DNA of 64,000 nucleotides from an uncultured Elusimicrobia bacterium (GCA_963702895.1 OY969767.1:640001-704000), one strand, 5' to 3'; numbered from the stretch's first letter, positions 19,612 to 29,564 are shown. Notes: generated from the sequence alone by a model not told the origin. Numbers and translations: made by a program.

Positions 19612-20340
19612 GTGATGAGTGAAATCCTGCTGAATCTTTCGAGAGTTCGAGAGCGGATCGCCAGGGCGGCGGCAAAATCAGGCCGTAAGCCGGAAGCGAT
19701 TACGCTTGTCGCGGTGACCAAAACCTTCTCCTTGGAGCGGGTGCGTCCGGCTCTTCAGGCGGGTCTCAGGGACATTGGAGAAAACCGTGTTCAGGAAGCG
19801 CTGTCGAAATACGCTGGCATGCCGCTCGCTGCGGCCACCCCTCCCCTGTTTCACCTGATCGGACCCCTCCAGTCCAACAAAGCTAAAAAAGCGGTCGGCT
19901 TCTTTGACGTCATCCAATCGCTGGACCGGCTTGAACTTGCGCGAGACATCAATCGGCACGCCGAGGCGCAGGGCAAGAAACAGAAATGTCTTATTGAAGT
20001 GAAAATATCATCCGAGCTCACCAAATCGGGGCTACGGCCTGAGTTGCTGCCTGAATTCCTTTCTCAGCTTCTCGAGTTTCCGGCCCTTGAAATCCGCGGG
20101 CTCATGGGCATTCCCCCGCTTTCAGCCGTTGGCGAGGCTTCCAGGCCTTATTTCAAAACGCTCTACAAACTCTTCGAGTCCGCTGCTGCCAATTGTCGGA
20201 TCCGCTCCATCGGCATGGAACGATCCTCCTTCGACACCCTCTCCATGGGCATGTCCTCCGACTTCGAAACCGCCATTGAAGAAGGCTCCACGATGGTACG
20301 TCTTGGCACTGCCCTTTTTGGTGTTCGCCAAGAAGGGTAG
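19612..20340 (+). CDS. yggS: PLP homeostasis protein (YggS)
   Basis: LVAVTK, IGENRVQEA, IGPLQSNK, LSMGMSSDFETAIEEGSTMVRLG. Confidence 0.95.
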   Translation: MMSEILLNLSRVRERIARAAAKSGRKPEAITLVAVTKTFSLERVRPALQAGLRDIGENRVQEALSKYAGMPLAAATPPLFHLIGPLQSNKAKKAVGFFDVIQSLDRLELARDINRHAEAQGKKQKCLIEVKISSELTKSGLRPELLPEFLSQLLEFPALEIRGLMGIPPLSAVGEASRPYFKTLYKLFESAAANCRIRSIGMERSSFDTLSMGMSSDFETAIEEGSTMVRLGTALFGVRQEG

Positions 20341-20406
20341 TCTGAAATAAGCCCTAACGCCTCCCACCTAAAATCGACTATAATTTACGACAGATTCCTG
20401 TATTAG

Positions 20407-21222
20407 ATGACCAAGAAAATTGTGTTTGTAGGTGGCGGGAATATGGGTGAGGCTCTGATCGCGGGTCTTCTCAAGTCCGGCCATTGGAAGCCCTCCCAAA
20501 TCGTTGTCTGTGACATCCGCCACGATCAGCTTGTGAAACTCCAGCGGCGCTACAAAGTTAGAACAAGCGCCGACAGCCGTCGATCTGTTTGTGGAGCAAG
20601 CGTCATTCTGCTGGCGGTCAAACCCCAGCACATGAAGGATGTTTTAGAGGATCTTGGTCCGGTTATTAAAAAGAATCAACTCGTGTTATCGATCGCGGCA
20701 GGTGTCACAACCGCGATGATGGAAAGCTTTTTAGCGAAAGGTGTCCCTCTTGTTCGCGTCATGCCGAATACGCCGGCGCTTGTGGGGTTAGGGATGGCGG
20801 CGCTGGCTCGCGGCAAGGCCGCGCGGCAGTCACATCTGAGAATGGCGATGGGCATTCTGGGCACGGTGGGCGCTGTTGTTTCGATCCCGGAACGGGCGAT
20901 GGACGCGGTCACAGCCGTCTCGGGCTCAGGGCCGGCTTACATATTTTATGTTGCTGAAGCGATGAAGGACGCCGCGATCACCATGGGACTTGCTCCGCAG
21001 GTCGCGGATCAACTCGTTCGACAAACCATCCGAGGGGCAGGGGTGCTTCTCGCGCAGTCGCAGGAGGAGCTCAAGACCCTGCGCGCTCGCGTCACGTCCC
21101 CGGGAGGGACCACAGAGGCCGCATTAAAAATCATGGAACGGGCGAAGGTCCGTGCGATTTTCCAAAAGGCGCTGACGCGCGCCCAAGAGAGGTCAAGAGA
21201 GCTGTCTCAACTATCACACTAA
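20407..21222 (+). CDS. proC: Pyrroline-5-carboxylate reductase
   Basis: GGGNMG, RVMPNTP, SGSGPAY, VTSPGGTT. Confidence 0.97.
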   Translation: MTKKIVFVGGGNMGEALIAGLLKSGHWKPSQIVVCDIRHDQLVKLQRRYKVRTSADSRRSVCGASVILLAVKPQHMKDVLEDLGPVIKKNQLVLSIAAGVTTAMMESFLAKGVPLVRVMPNTPALVGLGMAALARGKAARQSHLRMAMGILGTVGAVVSIPERAMDAVTAVSGSGPAYIFYVAEAMKDAAITMGLAPQVADQLVRQTIRGAGVLLAQSQEELKTLRARVTSPGGTTEAALKIMERAKVRAIFQKALTRAQERSRELSQLSH

Positions 21223-21277
21223 TCCGTCGCATCGGCGGGTCCGTCAACGGCCCTGTGACGGTAGGGAGAATGTCTCA

Positions 21278-21541
21278 ATGATCATTCGTGTACGCGTGAT
21301 TCCCAATGGGATGGAAAATGAAGTGGTGGGACGCATTGGCAGTGTGGTCCGTGTCAAAGTCGTGACGCCGGAAGTCAGCGAAACGGCCAACCATGTCCTG
21401 ATCAGTTATCTCGCGGAGTTTTTTGATGTCAGACCCAAGTCGATCCATATTATGCGTGGTGAAAAGGCCAGAGAAAAAACGATTCAGGTCATCGGCCGCT
21501 CAGAAGACGAACTCAAGAGAGTGATGGACGAGATTCCATAA
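21278..21541 (+). CDS. DUF167/YggU family protein
   Basis: IRVRVIPN...AN..LI..LAEFFDV...I.RGEKAREK, in yggS-proC context. Confidence 0.75.
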   Translation: MIIRVRVIPNGMENEVVGRIGSVVRVKVVTPEVSETANHVLISYLAEFFDVRPKSIHIMRGEKAREKTIQVIGRSEDELKRVMDEIP

Positions 21542-21544
21542 ACA

Positions 21545-21597
21545 GCCGTCCGAAGTCCGACGTCCGAAGTCCGACGTCGGACGTCGCACGTCGGACG
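21545..21597. repeat. Inverted heptamer array (MGTCCGA / CGTCGGA)
   Basis: Directly visible. A related copy lies inside ileS at 24162-24234. Confidence 0.85.
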
Positions 21598-21603
21598 AAG
21601 ACC

Positions 21604-22617
21604 ATGAATTCCTTTCCTAAAACGCGGGCTTTTGTATGGAAGAACGGCCATCTTCTGGTGCTGGATCAGCGCCTCTTGCCGCAGAAGAAGGTCTGGGTGA
21701 AATGCCGCACGTGGCAGGAGGTGGCGCGCGTGATCCGAGACATGGTGGTCCGGGGCGCGCCAGCCATTGGCTGCGTGGCGGCCTACGGCGTGGTGCTGGC
21801 GGCCCGCCAGAAAGATTTACCCAGGGCTTATACCGGACTTCTCGAGGCGCGCCCCACGGCCGTCAACCTCCGCTGGGCGGTTGAGCGTATGCGCGCGGTG
21901 GTTGAGGTGACCCACGATATCGAGCGGGAGGCTCTGGCGATCGAAGAAGAAGATCGCTTGGCCAATCAGCGCATGGGGGAATACGGCGCGGCCCTTTTGC
22001 CCGAGGGTGCCGTGATGCTCACGCACTGCAATACCGGATCCCTGGCCACCGCGGGCCTCGGAACGGCGTTTGGTGTCCTGTGGACCGCCCACCGGCAGGG
22101 GAAGCTTAAGAAAGTGATGGCGACGGAAACTCGTCCGTATCTCCAAGGGGCGCGGCTGACCGCCTGGGAGCTCAAGCAAGAAAAGATCCCCTTTGAACTC
22201 ATCACGGACAATATGGCGGCACATTTTATGAAGACCGAAAAGATGGACGGGGTCATCGTGGGCGCGGACCGCATTGCGGCCAATGGGGACACCGCCAACA
22301 AGATTGGGACCTACAGCCTGGCGGTGCTGGCGCGTCAGCACAACATCCCTTTTTACGTCGCGGCGCCCACGTCGACCATTGACCTTCGCGCCGCGACGGG
22401 AGAGGGTATTCCGATTGAAGAGCGATCGACGCAAGAAGTGACCGAGATCCGCGGGGTGCCCATCGCCCCGTCGAATATCAAAGCGCGTCATCCGGCTTTT
22501 GATGTGACGCCGGCGGAATTCATCGCGGCCATCATCACCGAACGAGGGGCCGTCAAGCCCCCGTATTCGAAGACGCTCTCCCTGCTTGTTCCCAACGTCC
22601 CACTTTCGATCGTTTAA
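21604..22617 (+). CDS. mtnA: Methylthioribose-1-phosphate isomerase
   Basis: MVVRGAPAIG, RPTAVNL, THCNTGSLAT, ETRPYLQGARLT, NKIGTY. Confidence 0.95.
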   Translation: MNSFPKTRAFVWKNGHLLVLDQRLLPQKKVWVKCRTWQEVARVIRDMVVRGAPAIGCVAAYGVVLAARQKDLPRAYTGLLEARPTAVNLRWAVERMRAVVEVTHDIEREALAIEEEDRLANQRMGEYGAALLPEGAVMLTHCNTGSLATAGLGTAFGVLWTAHRQGKLKKVMATETRPYLQGARLTAWELKQEKIPFELITDNMAAHFMKTEKMDGVIVGADRIAANGDTANKIGTYSLAVLARQHNIPFYVAAPTSTIDLRAATGEGIPIEERSTQEVTEIRGVPIAPSNIKARHPAFDVTPAEFIAAIITERGAVKPPYSKTLSLLVPNVPLSIV

Positions 22618-22622
22618 ATCGT

Positions 22623-25427
22623 ATGGACTATTCCAAAACAGTCAACCTGCCGAAGACGGATTTTCCTATGAAAGCCGATCTCCCCAAACGGGAGCCGATT
22701 TGGCTGGCCCAATGGGAAAAAGAGAATGTCTATCCGGAAGCGCTGCGACGCCGCAAAGGCAATCCTAAATTTATCCTCCACGACGGCCCGCCTTACGCGA
22801 ACGGCCACCTGCACCTGGGGCATGCCCTGAACAAGATTCTGAAGGACATCATTGTGCGATCGAAGATCATGGCCGGTTTCGATGCGCCCTATGTGCCGGG
22901 CTGGGATTGTCATGGCCTTCCCATCGAGCTCCAGCTCATGAAGGAGCTCAAAGTGAAGGACAAGCACCACGTGGACCGCTTCCAGTTTCGAGAGCAAGCC
23001 AAAGCCTTTGCCCAGCGCTTTATTGACATTCAGCGCCAGGAGTTTAAGCGCATGGGTGTTCTGGGCGACTGGGACCACCCCTACCTCACGATGGAGGAGC
23101 GCTACAAGGCCAAGATCGTTTCCACGTTTGAAGAGCTTCGCGAGAAAGGCTATGTCTACAAAGGGAAGAAGCCTGTCTACTGGTGTTCAACCGATGAGAC
23201 CGCGCTCGCGGAAGCTGAGGTTGAATATGAACAGGATGTCACCCCTTCGATTTACGTGGCTTTCCCGCACGCCCGAGAGGCCCGAACATTTTTTGTGATC
23301 TGGACCACCACCCCGTGGACGCTCCCGGCCAATGTCGGGATTGCATACAACAAGGCAGAAACATATGTCTTGTACGAGACTCATCAACTCCAGCCGTCAT
23401 TCCCCCCGGCCTTAAGGGGGGAATCCATCATGTCCGTGATGGATCCCCCGCTTACGTCCCCTTCCTTTGAAACTATGGGGAGGGACAGTCCCCCAGGTGT
23501 CGGGGGGACGGCCGCGGGGGATGACAAAAAGGGGAGCTCTCGCTATATCATCGCGAAAAAACTTCTGGATGATTTTCTCCAGAAAACAGGACTCCAAGGC
23601 CGAGTCGTTGAAGAGGTCTCCGGTTCTCGGTTCAAGGACTCATCGGCACACCATCCATGGATTCAGCGGACGGTGCCGCTCCTGCCGGCAGAATTTGTCG
23701 CGATGGACACAGGAACAGGGCTCGTGCATATCGCGCCGGGTCATGGCCGCGAAGACTATGCCTTGGGACAAGCGCAGCATCCGCCACTTCCTGTCCTTTC
23801 TCCCGTCAACGACCGCGGGCTTTTCACGGAGGAAGTCCCGGAGTGGAAGGGCGAACACGTGTTCAAAGCAAACGCGAAGATCGTGGACCACCTCCAGAAT
23901 CACGGTGCGCTTCTCTATTCTGGCCAGGTCCCCCATTCGTATCCCCATTGCTGGCGCTGCCATAAGCCGGTGATCTTTCGCGCGACCGAACAGTGGTTTC
24001 TGGACATCGATAAAGACGGCCTCCGCGCGCGTCTTCTGGAGGCGCTCAAGAAGGTCACCTTCTATCCGGAGTTTGGCCGCAACCGGATCACCGGCATGGT
24101 GGAAACAAGGCCGGATTGGTGCCTGTCGCGGCAGCGGCTCTGGGGCACCGAAATCCCAGAACTGCCGTCCGAGGTCCAAGGTCCGACGCCTACTGATTCA
24201 AATAGGACGTCGGACGTCGCACGTCGGACGACAGATCCGGACATCTTTGACGTCTGGTTTGAATCCGGTATTTCCTGGGCGGCGGTGCTCCAAGCGCGGG
24301 CTGAACTGGGCTATCCGGCCGATCTGTATCTGGAGGGCTCCGATCAGCACCGCGGATGGTTTCAAGTGTCCCTCATACCGTCCGTCGCGCTTCAAAATCA
24401 GGCGCCTTATAAGTCCGTGTTGACCCATGGGTTTGTGATGGACGGAGAAGGACGACCCATGTCCAAGTCGCTCGGCAATGTCATTTCTCCCGACGAGATC
24501 ATCAAGCAGTACGGTGCGGACATCCTGCGGCTCTGGGTGGCCTCCAGCGACTATGGTGGCGACGTGCGCCTCTCTCCTGAGATCCTGAAGGGTCTGGCTG
24601 ATAACTACAGGAAGCTCCGCAATACTTTTCGCTACCTGCTCAACAACCTCGGCGATTTTGATCCTGCCCAAGACGGCACCCCGGTCAAGGACCTCACGGA
24701 GCTGGACCGCTGGGTGCTGCATCGCCTGCAGGAAGAAATCCGGGACGCCGTGAAGGCCTATGACGAGTACCAATTCCACCGGGTGACCGGCAGGCTTGTC
24801 AATTTCTGCAATGCCGAACTTTCCAGTTTCTATCTCGATGTCATCAAGGACCGCCTGTACTGTGATCCTGCTGCCTCCTCGTCGCGCCGAGCGGCACAGA
24901 CCGTGCTCCATCAGCTGGCCCAGGCGCTCCTCCGGTTGCTGGCCCCCATTCTTCCCTTCACAACAGAGGAATGCTGGCGCTTCCTGGGCAGGCCGCAATC
25001 GATTGGACTTGAGGATTTTCCGAAAGAGGATTCGGCGTATCTTGATGAGAGACGGATGGAAGGCTGGAAGAACTTGCTGGCGCTGCGGCAAAGCGTGCTG
25101 GGGGAACTTGAGAAAGCGCGCACCTCCGGCCTGTTGAAGGCGCCACGTGAGGCCAAAGCCAAGATCCGGGTGGCCGAAGCGCCGCTTGCCGAGTTTTGTA
25201 TGCGCTACGGGGCTGGACTTTCGGGCGTGATCGGCGTCAGCCAGGCGGAAGTCGTCCTGGATGCGAGCGTCGGATCCGTCCTGGTAGAGATCGTGAAGGC
25301 GGAAGGCGCCAAATGTGAGAGGTGCTGGATTTATAAGAAAGACGTCGGATCTGTTACAAAGCGTCCGGATCTTTGCCGGCGTTGTGCAGAAGCCGTTCAA
25401 GAATGGGAGACCTTATGCGAAGCATGA
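22623..25427 (+). CDS. ileS: Isoleucyl-tRNA synthetase (type 1)
   Basis: HDGPPYANGHLHLGH, GWDCHGLPIE, WTTTPWTLP, MSKS, C-terminal Zn finger. Confidence 0.98.
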   Translation: MDYSKTVNLPKTDFPMKADLPKREPIWLAQWEKENVYPEALRRRKGNPKFILHDGPPYANGHLHLGHALNKILKDIIVRSKIMAGFDAPYVPGWDCHGLPIELQLMKELKVKDKHHVDRFQFREQAKAFAQRFIDIQRQEFKRMGVLGDWDHPYLTMEERYKAKIVSTFEELREKGYVYKGKKPVYWCSTDETALAEAEVEYEQDVTPSIYVAFPHAREARTFFVIWTTTPWTLPANVGIAYNKAETYVLYETHQLQPSFPPALRGESIMSVMDPPLTSPSFETMGRDSPPGVGGTAAGDDKKGSSRYIIAKKLLDDFLQKTGLQGRVVEEVSGSRFKDSSAHHPWIQRTVPLLPAEFVAMDTGTGLVHIAPGHGREDYALGQAQHPPLPVLSPVNDRGLFTEEVPEWKGEHVFKANAKIVDHLQNHGALLYSGQVPHSYPHCWRCHKPVIFRATEQWFLDIDKDGLRARLLEALKKVTFYPEFGRNRITGMVETRPDWCLSRQRLWGTEIPELPSEVQGPTPTDSNRTSDVARRTTDPDIFDVWFESGISWAAVLQARAELGYPADLYLEGSDQHRGWFQVSLIPSVALQNQAPYKSVLTHGFVMDGEGRPMSKSLGNVISPDEIIKQYGADILRLWVASSDYGGDVRLSPEILKGLADNYRKLRNTFRYLLNNLGDFDPAQDGTPVKDLTELDRWVLHRLQEEIRDAVKAYDEYQFHRVTGRLVNFCNAELSSFYLDVIKDRLYCDPAASSSRRAAQTVLHQLAQALLRLLAPILPFTTEECWRFLGRPQSIGLEDFPKEDSAYLDERRMEGWKNLLALRQSVLGELEKARTSGLLKAPREAKAKIRVAEAPLAEFCMRYGAGLSGVIGVSQAEVVLDASVGSVLVEIVKAEGAKCERCWIYKKDVGSVTKRPDLCRRCAEAVQEWETLCEA

Positions 25428-25924
25428 CATCACGTGAAAAACTTTATGCCATTCGATTTGGAGGAATTCTCTCGATTGCCAGTGCTGTGCTCCTGCTCGA
25501 TCGGCTATCGAAGATGTGGGTGGTGCGCCATTTCGTGCTGGAAGAAAGTCGTCCGATCACCTCGTGGTTTTATCTGACCTATGTTCAAAACACAGGGAGC
25601 GCTTTTGGTTTTTTCCAGGGCAATAACAAAGCCCTTTTGATCTTGGCTTTGCTGATTTTGGTGGCGCTTCTCTACGGGGCGCGTGGTCTTTCGGAGCGAG
25701 GAGGATTTTGGGGCGCGCTCGGGGTGGCGTTGGTCCTGGGGGGCGCGCTCGGTAATATCTACGACCGCATTCAATATGGGCGGGTCATTGATTTCCTCGA
25801 CTTTCGCCTCTGGCCAGTCTTCAATATCGCGGATTCCGCGATCACGGTTGGAACCGCCTGCATCGTAATAGGTCTCTGGTGGGGCAACCGTCATCATGGA
25901 AGCGCAGAGGAGGTCAAGAGATAA
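25424..25924 (+). CDS. lspA: Lipoprotein signal peptidase II (start 25415 or 25424)
   Basis: NTGSAFG, GNIYDR, VIDFLD, WPVFNIADSAI. Confidence 0.95.
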   Translation: MTSREKLYAIRFGGILSIASAVLLLDRLSKMWVVRHFVLEESRPITSWFYLTYVQNTGSAFGFFQGNNKALLILALLILVALLYGARGLSERGGFWGALGVALVLGGALGNIYDRIQYGRVIDFLDFRLWPVFNIADSAITVGTACIVIGLWWGNRHHGSAEEVKR

Positions 25925-26069
25925 ATATGGGAGGTCCGGTTCTTGGTGAGGGGGAAGGCATGAGGAAGACGGCTCTTCGAGCACGAAGAAACGAGGGCTC
26001 AGAACGGAAGTCGTGGGTCTCCGGTCGTTGCTCCTGCGTGTGCGACGCATCTTTCAGGGAAGCCTTCTG

Positions 26070-26843
26070 ATGTTTCCGATCCTCTTTCATCTCGGACCTT
26101 TGACGATCCGGACGTACGGCGCCATGGTCGCGCTCGCTTTCGTGGCGTCGTTGTATTTGGCCAAGGCGTCGGCCCGCTATCGCAAGATTGGGGAGTCCTT
26201 TCTCCTGGACTTGGTTGCGATCTTGGTGGTCAGCGGCCTCTTGGGAGCGCGCCTCTTCTACATCCTGATCAATTTGGCTTACTTTCGTGAGCATCCGGCG
26301 GAGAGCTTCAAGGTTTGGGAAGGAGGGCTTGTTTTTTACGGCGGGTTTCTCTTGGCAACTGTGGTGGGAATCATTTTTACACGCTACCGCGGTTACGCTG
26401 TCTCGGACGTGGCGGATGTGATCGCGCCGGCACTGGCCCTCGGGCAGGGCATTGGGCGGTGGGGATGTTTGTTCGCCGGATGTTGTTACGGCAAGCCAAC
26501 GGTCCTTCCTTGGGGTGTTCGATTCAAGGATCCCTCATCGCTAGCGCCCTTGGGGATCGAACTTCAGCCCGTTCAGATTTATGAATCGGCGGGGTGTCTG
26601 CTCTTGGCGATCTTCCTTTGGCGGATGCTCGTGAGTCGAAAAGAGACGCGTGGCGATATTTTCTGGCTCTATGTTCTCCTGTACGGGGCCCTGCGGTTTC
26701 TCATCGAGCTTTTCCGCGGCGATGAGCGCGGGGCGGCGTTGGGGGGGCTTTCTCCCTCCCAACTGATCGCTCTGGGAGCGGTCCTGGTGGCAGGGAGCAT
26801 CTTTCTGGTTCGAGTGGCGTCCAGAAATGACACGCACGCTTGA
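26070..26843 (+). CDS. lgt: Prolipoprotein diacylglyceryl transferase
   Basis: LGARLFY, GGLVFYGG, GRWGC..GCCYG, PVQIYES. Confidence 0.95.
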   Translation: MFPILFHLGPLTIRTYGAMVALAFVASLYLAKASARYRKIGESFLLDLVAILVVSGLLGARLFYILINLAYFREHPAESFKVWEGGLVFYGGFLLATVVGIIFTRYRGYAVSDVADVIAPALALGQGIGRWGCLFAGCCYGKPTVLPWGVRFKDPSSLAPLGIELQPVQIYESAGCLLLAIFLWRMLVSRKETRGDIFWLYVLLYGALRFLIELFRGDERGAALGGLSPSQLIALGAVLVAGSIFLVRVASRNDTHA

Positions 26844-28041
26844 GCCCGACATCCTCTACGAGGACGCCGCGCTCCTCGTTCTTGATAAGCCCGCGGGGCT
26901 TGTCGTGCACCCGGCCCCGAGTTATAAGGGGCAAACGCTCGTGGACTGGGTGCGCGAGTATCTTGGACCGGGAGCCCCGTCCGATTTTGAGGCCATGGAC
27001 CGCCTGGGACTGGTGCACCGGCTTGACAAGGATACTTCAGGCGTGCTGGTGGTCACCAAAAGCTCGAGTGCGAAGACAGCCGTCGGCAGACAGTTTCATG
27101 ACAGACAAGTGAAAAAACAGTATGTTGCTTTTGTGCAGGGTGTTCCGCCGAAAAGAACAGGAATCATTTCTGCCCCTGTCGGAAGGTCCAAGAAGGTCCC
27201 GACGCGTATGGCGATCACCGGGACCGGCAGACCCTCAGAGACCCGTTTTGAGGTCACCGAAGCCATGAAGGAGGTTGCTCTTGTGAATCTCTATCCCAAA
27301 ACAGGACGTACCCACCAGCTGCGCGTGCATTGCGCCGCGATTGGTCATCCGATCGTGGGGGACAAGACCTACGGCGCAAGCGACAAGTGGTTGCGGGATT
27401 ATGGCGTGGCGAGGCCCCTTCTACACGCTGAAACGATTGAATTCGCGCATCCCACCACGGGCCGCACGGTTTTCTTTCAGGCACCGTGGCCCACGGACAT
27501 GAAGAAAGCGCGTTCTCTCTTTCGCCGCAGCTTTCAAGTGACCGTGTTGATGCTGATGCTTGCCTCCGCCGCGCAGGCTGCCAAGACCAAGCCGGACAGC
27601 TCGCCTGCCCCCAAGCAGAGCGCGAGCAGCGTTTCGTCGGGATCCACCGCTTCATCGGCCACTTCAGCATCGGCGATGAGGTCCCTGAAGCGAGAGATGG
27701 CGTCCTTGCGCGAGCAGTTTAAGACCTTGATCGAGGAGGTCTCTGCTCTTCAGGACCGGGTCAGCTCGGTCCAAGCCAATCTGGATGAGATGGGGGGGGC
27801 GCGTCGCCTCCGAGACCTGGAAAAGGCGATCTCGGATTTAAACGGCAAGGCCGTCGGGACCTTCACGATCTCGGAAGAAACAAAATCCCAAATGCTTGAT
27901 TTGACACGAAAGGTCAAGGCTCAGCAGGAGAGCTTCGAGCAGCTGCGCGATCAGGTCGACCGCTTGCAGCAGGAACTCATTCAATCTCGAGCCCGTGAGG
28001 AAAAAGTGTCAGATACCGTCCCAGCCGAGAGGCCTCGTTGA
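26827..28041 (+). CDS. rluD: RluA/RluD pseudouridine synthase with in-frame C-terminal signal-peptide-like and coiled-coil extension
   Basis: DKPAGLVVHP, VHRLDKDTSG, TGRTHQLRVH, plus about 180 extra aa. Confidence 0.8.
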   Translation: MTRTLEPDILYEDAALLVLDKPAGLVVHPAPSYKGQTLVDWVREYLGPGAPSDFEAMDRLGLVHRLDKDTSGVLVVTKSSSAKTAVGRQFHDRQVKKQYVAFVQGVPPKRTGIISAPVGRSKKVPTRMAITGTGRPSETRFEVTEAMKEVALVNLYPKTGRTHQLRVHCAAIGHPIVGDKTYGASDKWLRDYGVARPLLHAETIEFAHPTTGRTVFFQAPWPTDMKKARSLFRRSFQVTVLMLMLASAAQAAKTKPDSSPAPKQSASSVSSGSTASSATSASAMRSLKREMASLREQFKTLIEEVSALQDRVSSVQANLDEMGGARRLRDLEKAISDLNGKAVGTFTISEETKSQMLDLTRKVKAQQESFEQLRDQVDRLQQELIQSRAREEKVSDTVPAERPR

Positions 28042-28043
28042 GC

Positions 28044-28649
28044 ATGAAGCCCTCCCAACGCAGGAAGCGACAAGGGCTGCTCCTGGTGGTGTCGGCAGGC
28101 TCAGGCGCCGGCAAAAGCACGCTCTGCCGGATGCTTCTCGCCAAACGGAAGAACCTTGTGTTCTCTATTTCGGTCACCACCCGTCTGCCTCGCCCCGGCG
28201 AAAAAGAGGGGCAAGACTACTTCTTCGTATCGGAAGCGGCTTTTCAAGCGATGCGAAAAAGGGGGGAGCTGATCGAATGGGCGAAAGTCCACCACCACCA
28301 CTATTACGGAACCCCGCGTTCCTATGTCGAGCGGATGCGCTCCCAGGGCAAGGACGTACTGCTCGATATCGATGTCCAGGGGGCCCTGCAAGTCAAACGC
28401 AAGTTCCCAGAGGCTGTCCTCATCTTTATCACGACGCCCAGCTTCGCGGAGCTCGAAAAGCGCCTGCGCAGCAGGTCTTCGGAGACCGAAGCCCAGATCC
28501 GGCAGCGCCTGGCGGATGCCCGCCAGGAACTGAAATACCTAGGCTTTTATAACTACAATGTAGTCAATGATCGGTTACCGCTCGCCCTGAAAAGGCTCGA
28601 AGCGATCCTCGATTCTGAAACCCTCAAGATTTCAAAGAAAACAAAGTAA
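28044..28649 (+). CDS. gmk: Guanylate kinase
   Basis: SGAGKST, TTRLPRPGEKEGQDYFFV, YYGT, DIDVQGA. Confidence 0.97.
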   Translation: MKPSQRRKRQGLLLVVSAGSGAGKSTLCRMLLAKRKNLVFSISVTTRLPRPGEKEGQDYFFVSEAAFQAMRKRGELIEWAKVHHHHYYGTPRSYVERMRSQGKDVLLDIDVQGALQVKRKFPEAVLIFITTPSFAELEKRLRSRSSETEAQIRQRLADARQELKYLGFYNYNVVNDRLPLALKRLEAILDSETLKISKKTK

Positions 28650-28660
28650 GGAGACCGTAC

Positions 28661-29050
28661 ATGACAGACTTGTTTCTGGAACCCAAAGTGTTGGATTATT
28701 CTGCGGACCGATATGAATTGATCCTGATGACACTCCGGTGGGCGCGCGCCCTGAAAGCCAAAGGAACGCCGGAGAGCATGCCCGTCTTGATCGAAAAGGC
28801 CTTGAAGGACATTGTGGACCAAAAAGTGACCTTTGAGGAAATTAAGGCCAACAAGGCCCAAGAGGAAACGCCCGTCGAAGAGATACCCGTGGTGGTGTCG
28901 GTCGCCGGCGAAGGTAAAACGGAGCTTCCTCCTGATGAAGAGGAGGGAAAAAAGAGTTCTAAAAAAGAAAAAGAAAAAGGGCTAGAAGTCTCTCTTAAAA
29001 TAATGGTCTATGATCCTTCTGGGCGTAACCGGATCCATCGCAGCTTATAA
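28661..29050 (+). CDS. rpoZ: Probable RNA polymerase omega subunit (3' end uncertain)
   Basis: DRYELI...ARAL...ALKDI pattern between gmk and coaBC. Confidence 0.55.
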   Translation: MTDLFLEPKVLDYSADRYELILMTLRWARALKAKGTPESMPVLIEKALKDIVDQKVTFEEIKANKAQEETPVEEIPVVVSVAGEGKTELPPDEEEGKKSSKKEKEKGLEVSLKIMVYDPSGRNRIHRSL

Positions 29051-29564
29051 GGCGGTCGAACTCCTGAGGCTCTTCCTCAAGGCGGGGCAGGATGTCCAGG
29101 TCGTGATGACCACTCCTGCGACGCGTTTTGTGGGGGCCCTCACGTTTCAGGCGCTTTCGGGCCATGCCGTCCTGACCGATGCCACGGATCCCCAGGCCTA
29201 CCAGATGTCGCACCTGGTGCTCGCTGAGAAGGCCGACGCCATGGTCATTGCGCCCGTGAGCGCCGAGACGCTGTCTCAACTTGCCCGGGGCGGCGCCCAG
29301 GACCTCGTTTGCGCCACGGTCCTTTCCGCGCCCCGCTCCTCTTCCGGGAAGCTCAAGACACCGGTCTTCTTAGCACCCGCCATGCATGAATCGATGTGGC
29401 TGCACCCTGCGACCCAGGAGAACGTCAAAACACTCAAAAGCTACGGGTATCAATTGATCGGACCTGAACAAGGCGCCTTGGGGCGTGCGGGGGATTCCGG
29501 GACAGGCCGTATGTCAGATCCTGCCGTGATCGCCTCTGTCGTTCTTAAGCGTCGTGCGCGTTAG
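29010..29564 (+). CDS. coaC: Phosphopantothenoylcysteine decarboxylase (CoaC half)
   Basis: LGVTGSIAAYKA, APAMHESMW. Confidence 0.9.
   Translation: MILLGVTGSIAAYKAVELLRLFLKAGQDVQVVMTTPATRFVGALTFQALSGHAVLTDATDPQAYQMSHLVLAEKADAMVIAPVSAETLSQLARGGAQDLVCATVLSAPRSSSGKLKTPVFLAPAMHESMWLHPATQENVKTLKSYGYQLIGPEQGALGRAGDSGTGRMSDPAVIASVVLKRRAR

Noticed and set aside
24198..25400. 400-aa minus-strand ORF and other long antisense ORFs
   Set aside because: Shadow frames of GC-rich housekeeping genes such as ileS.
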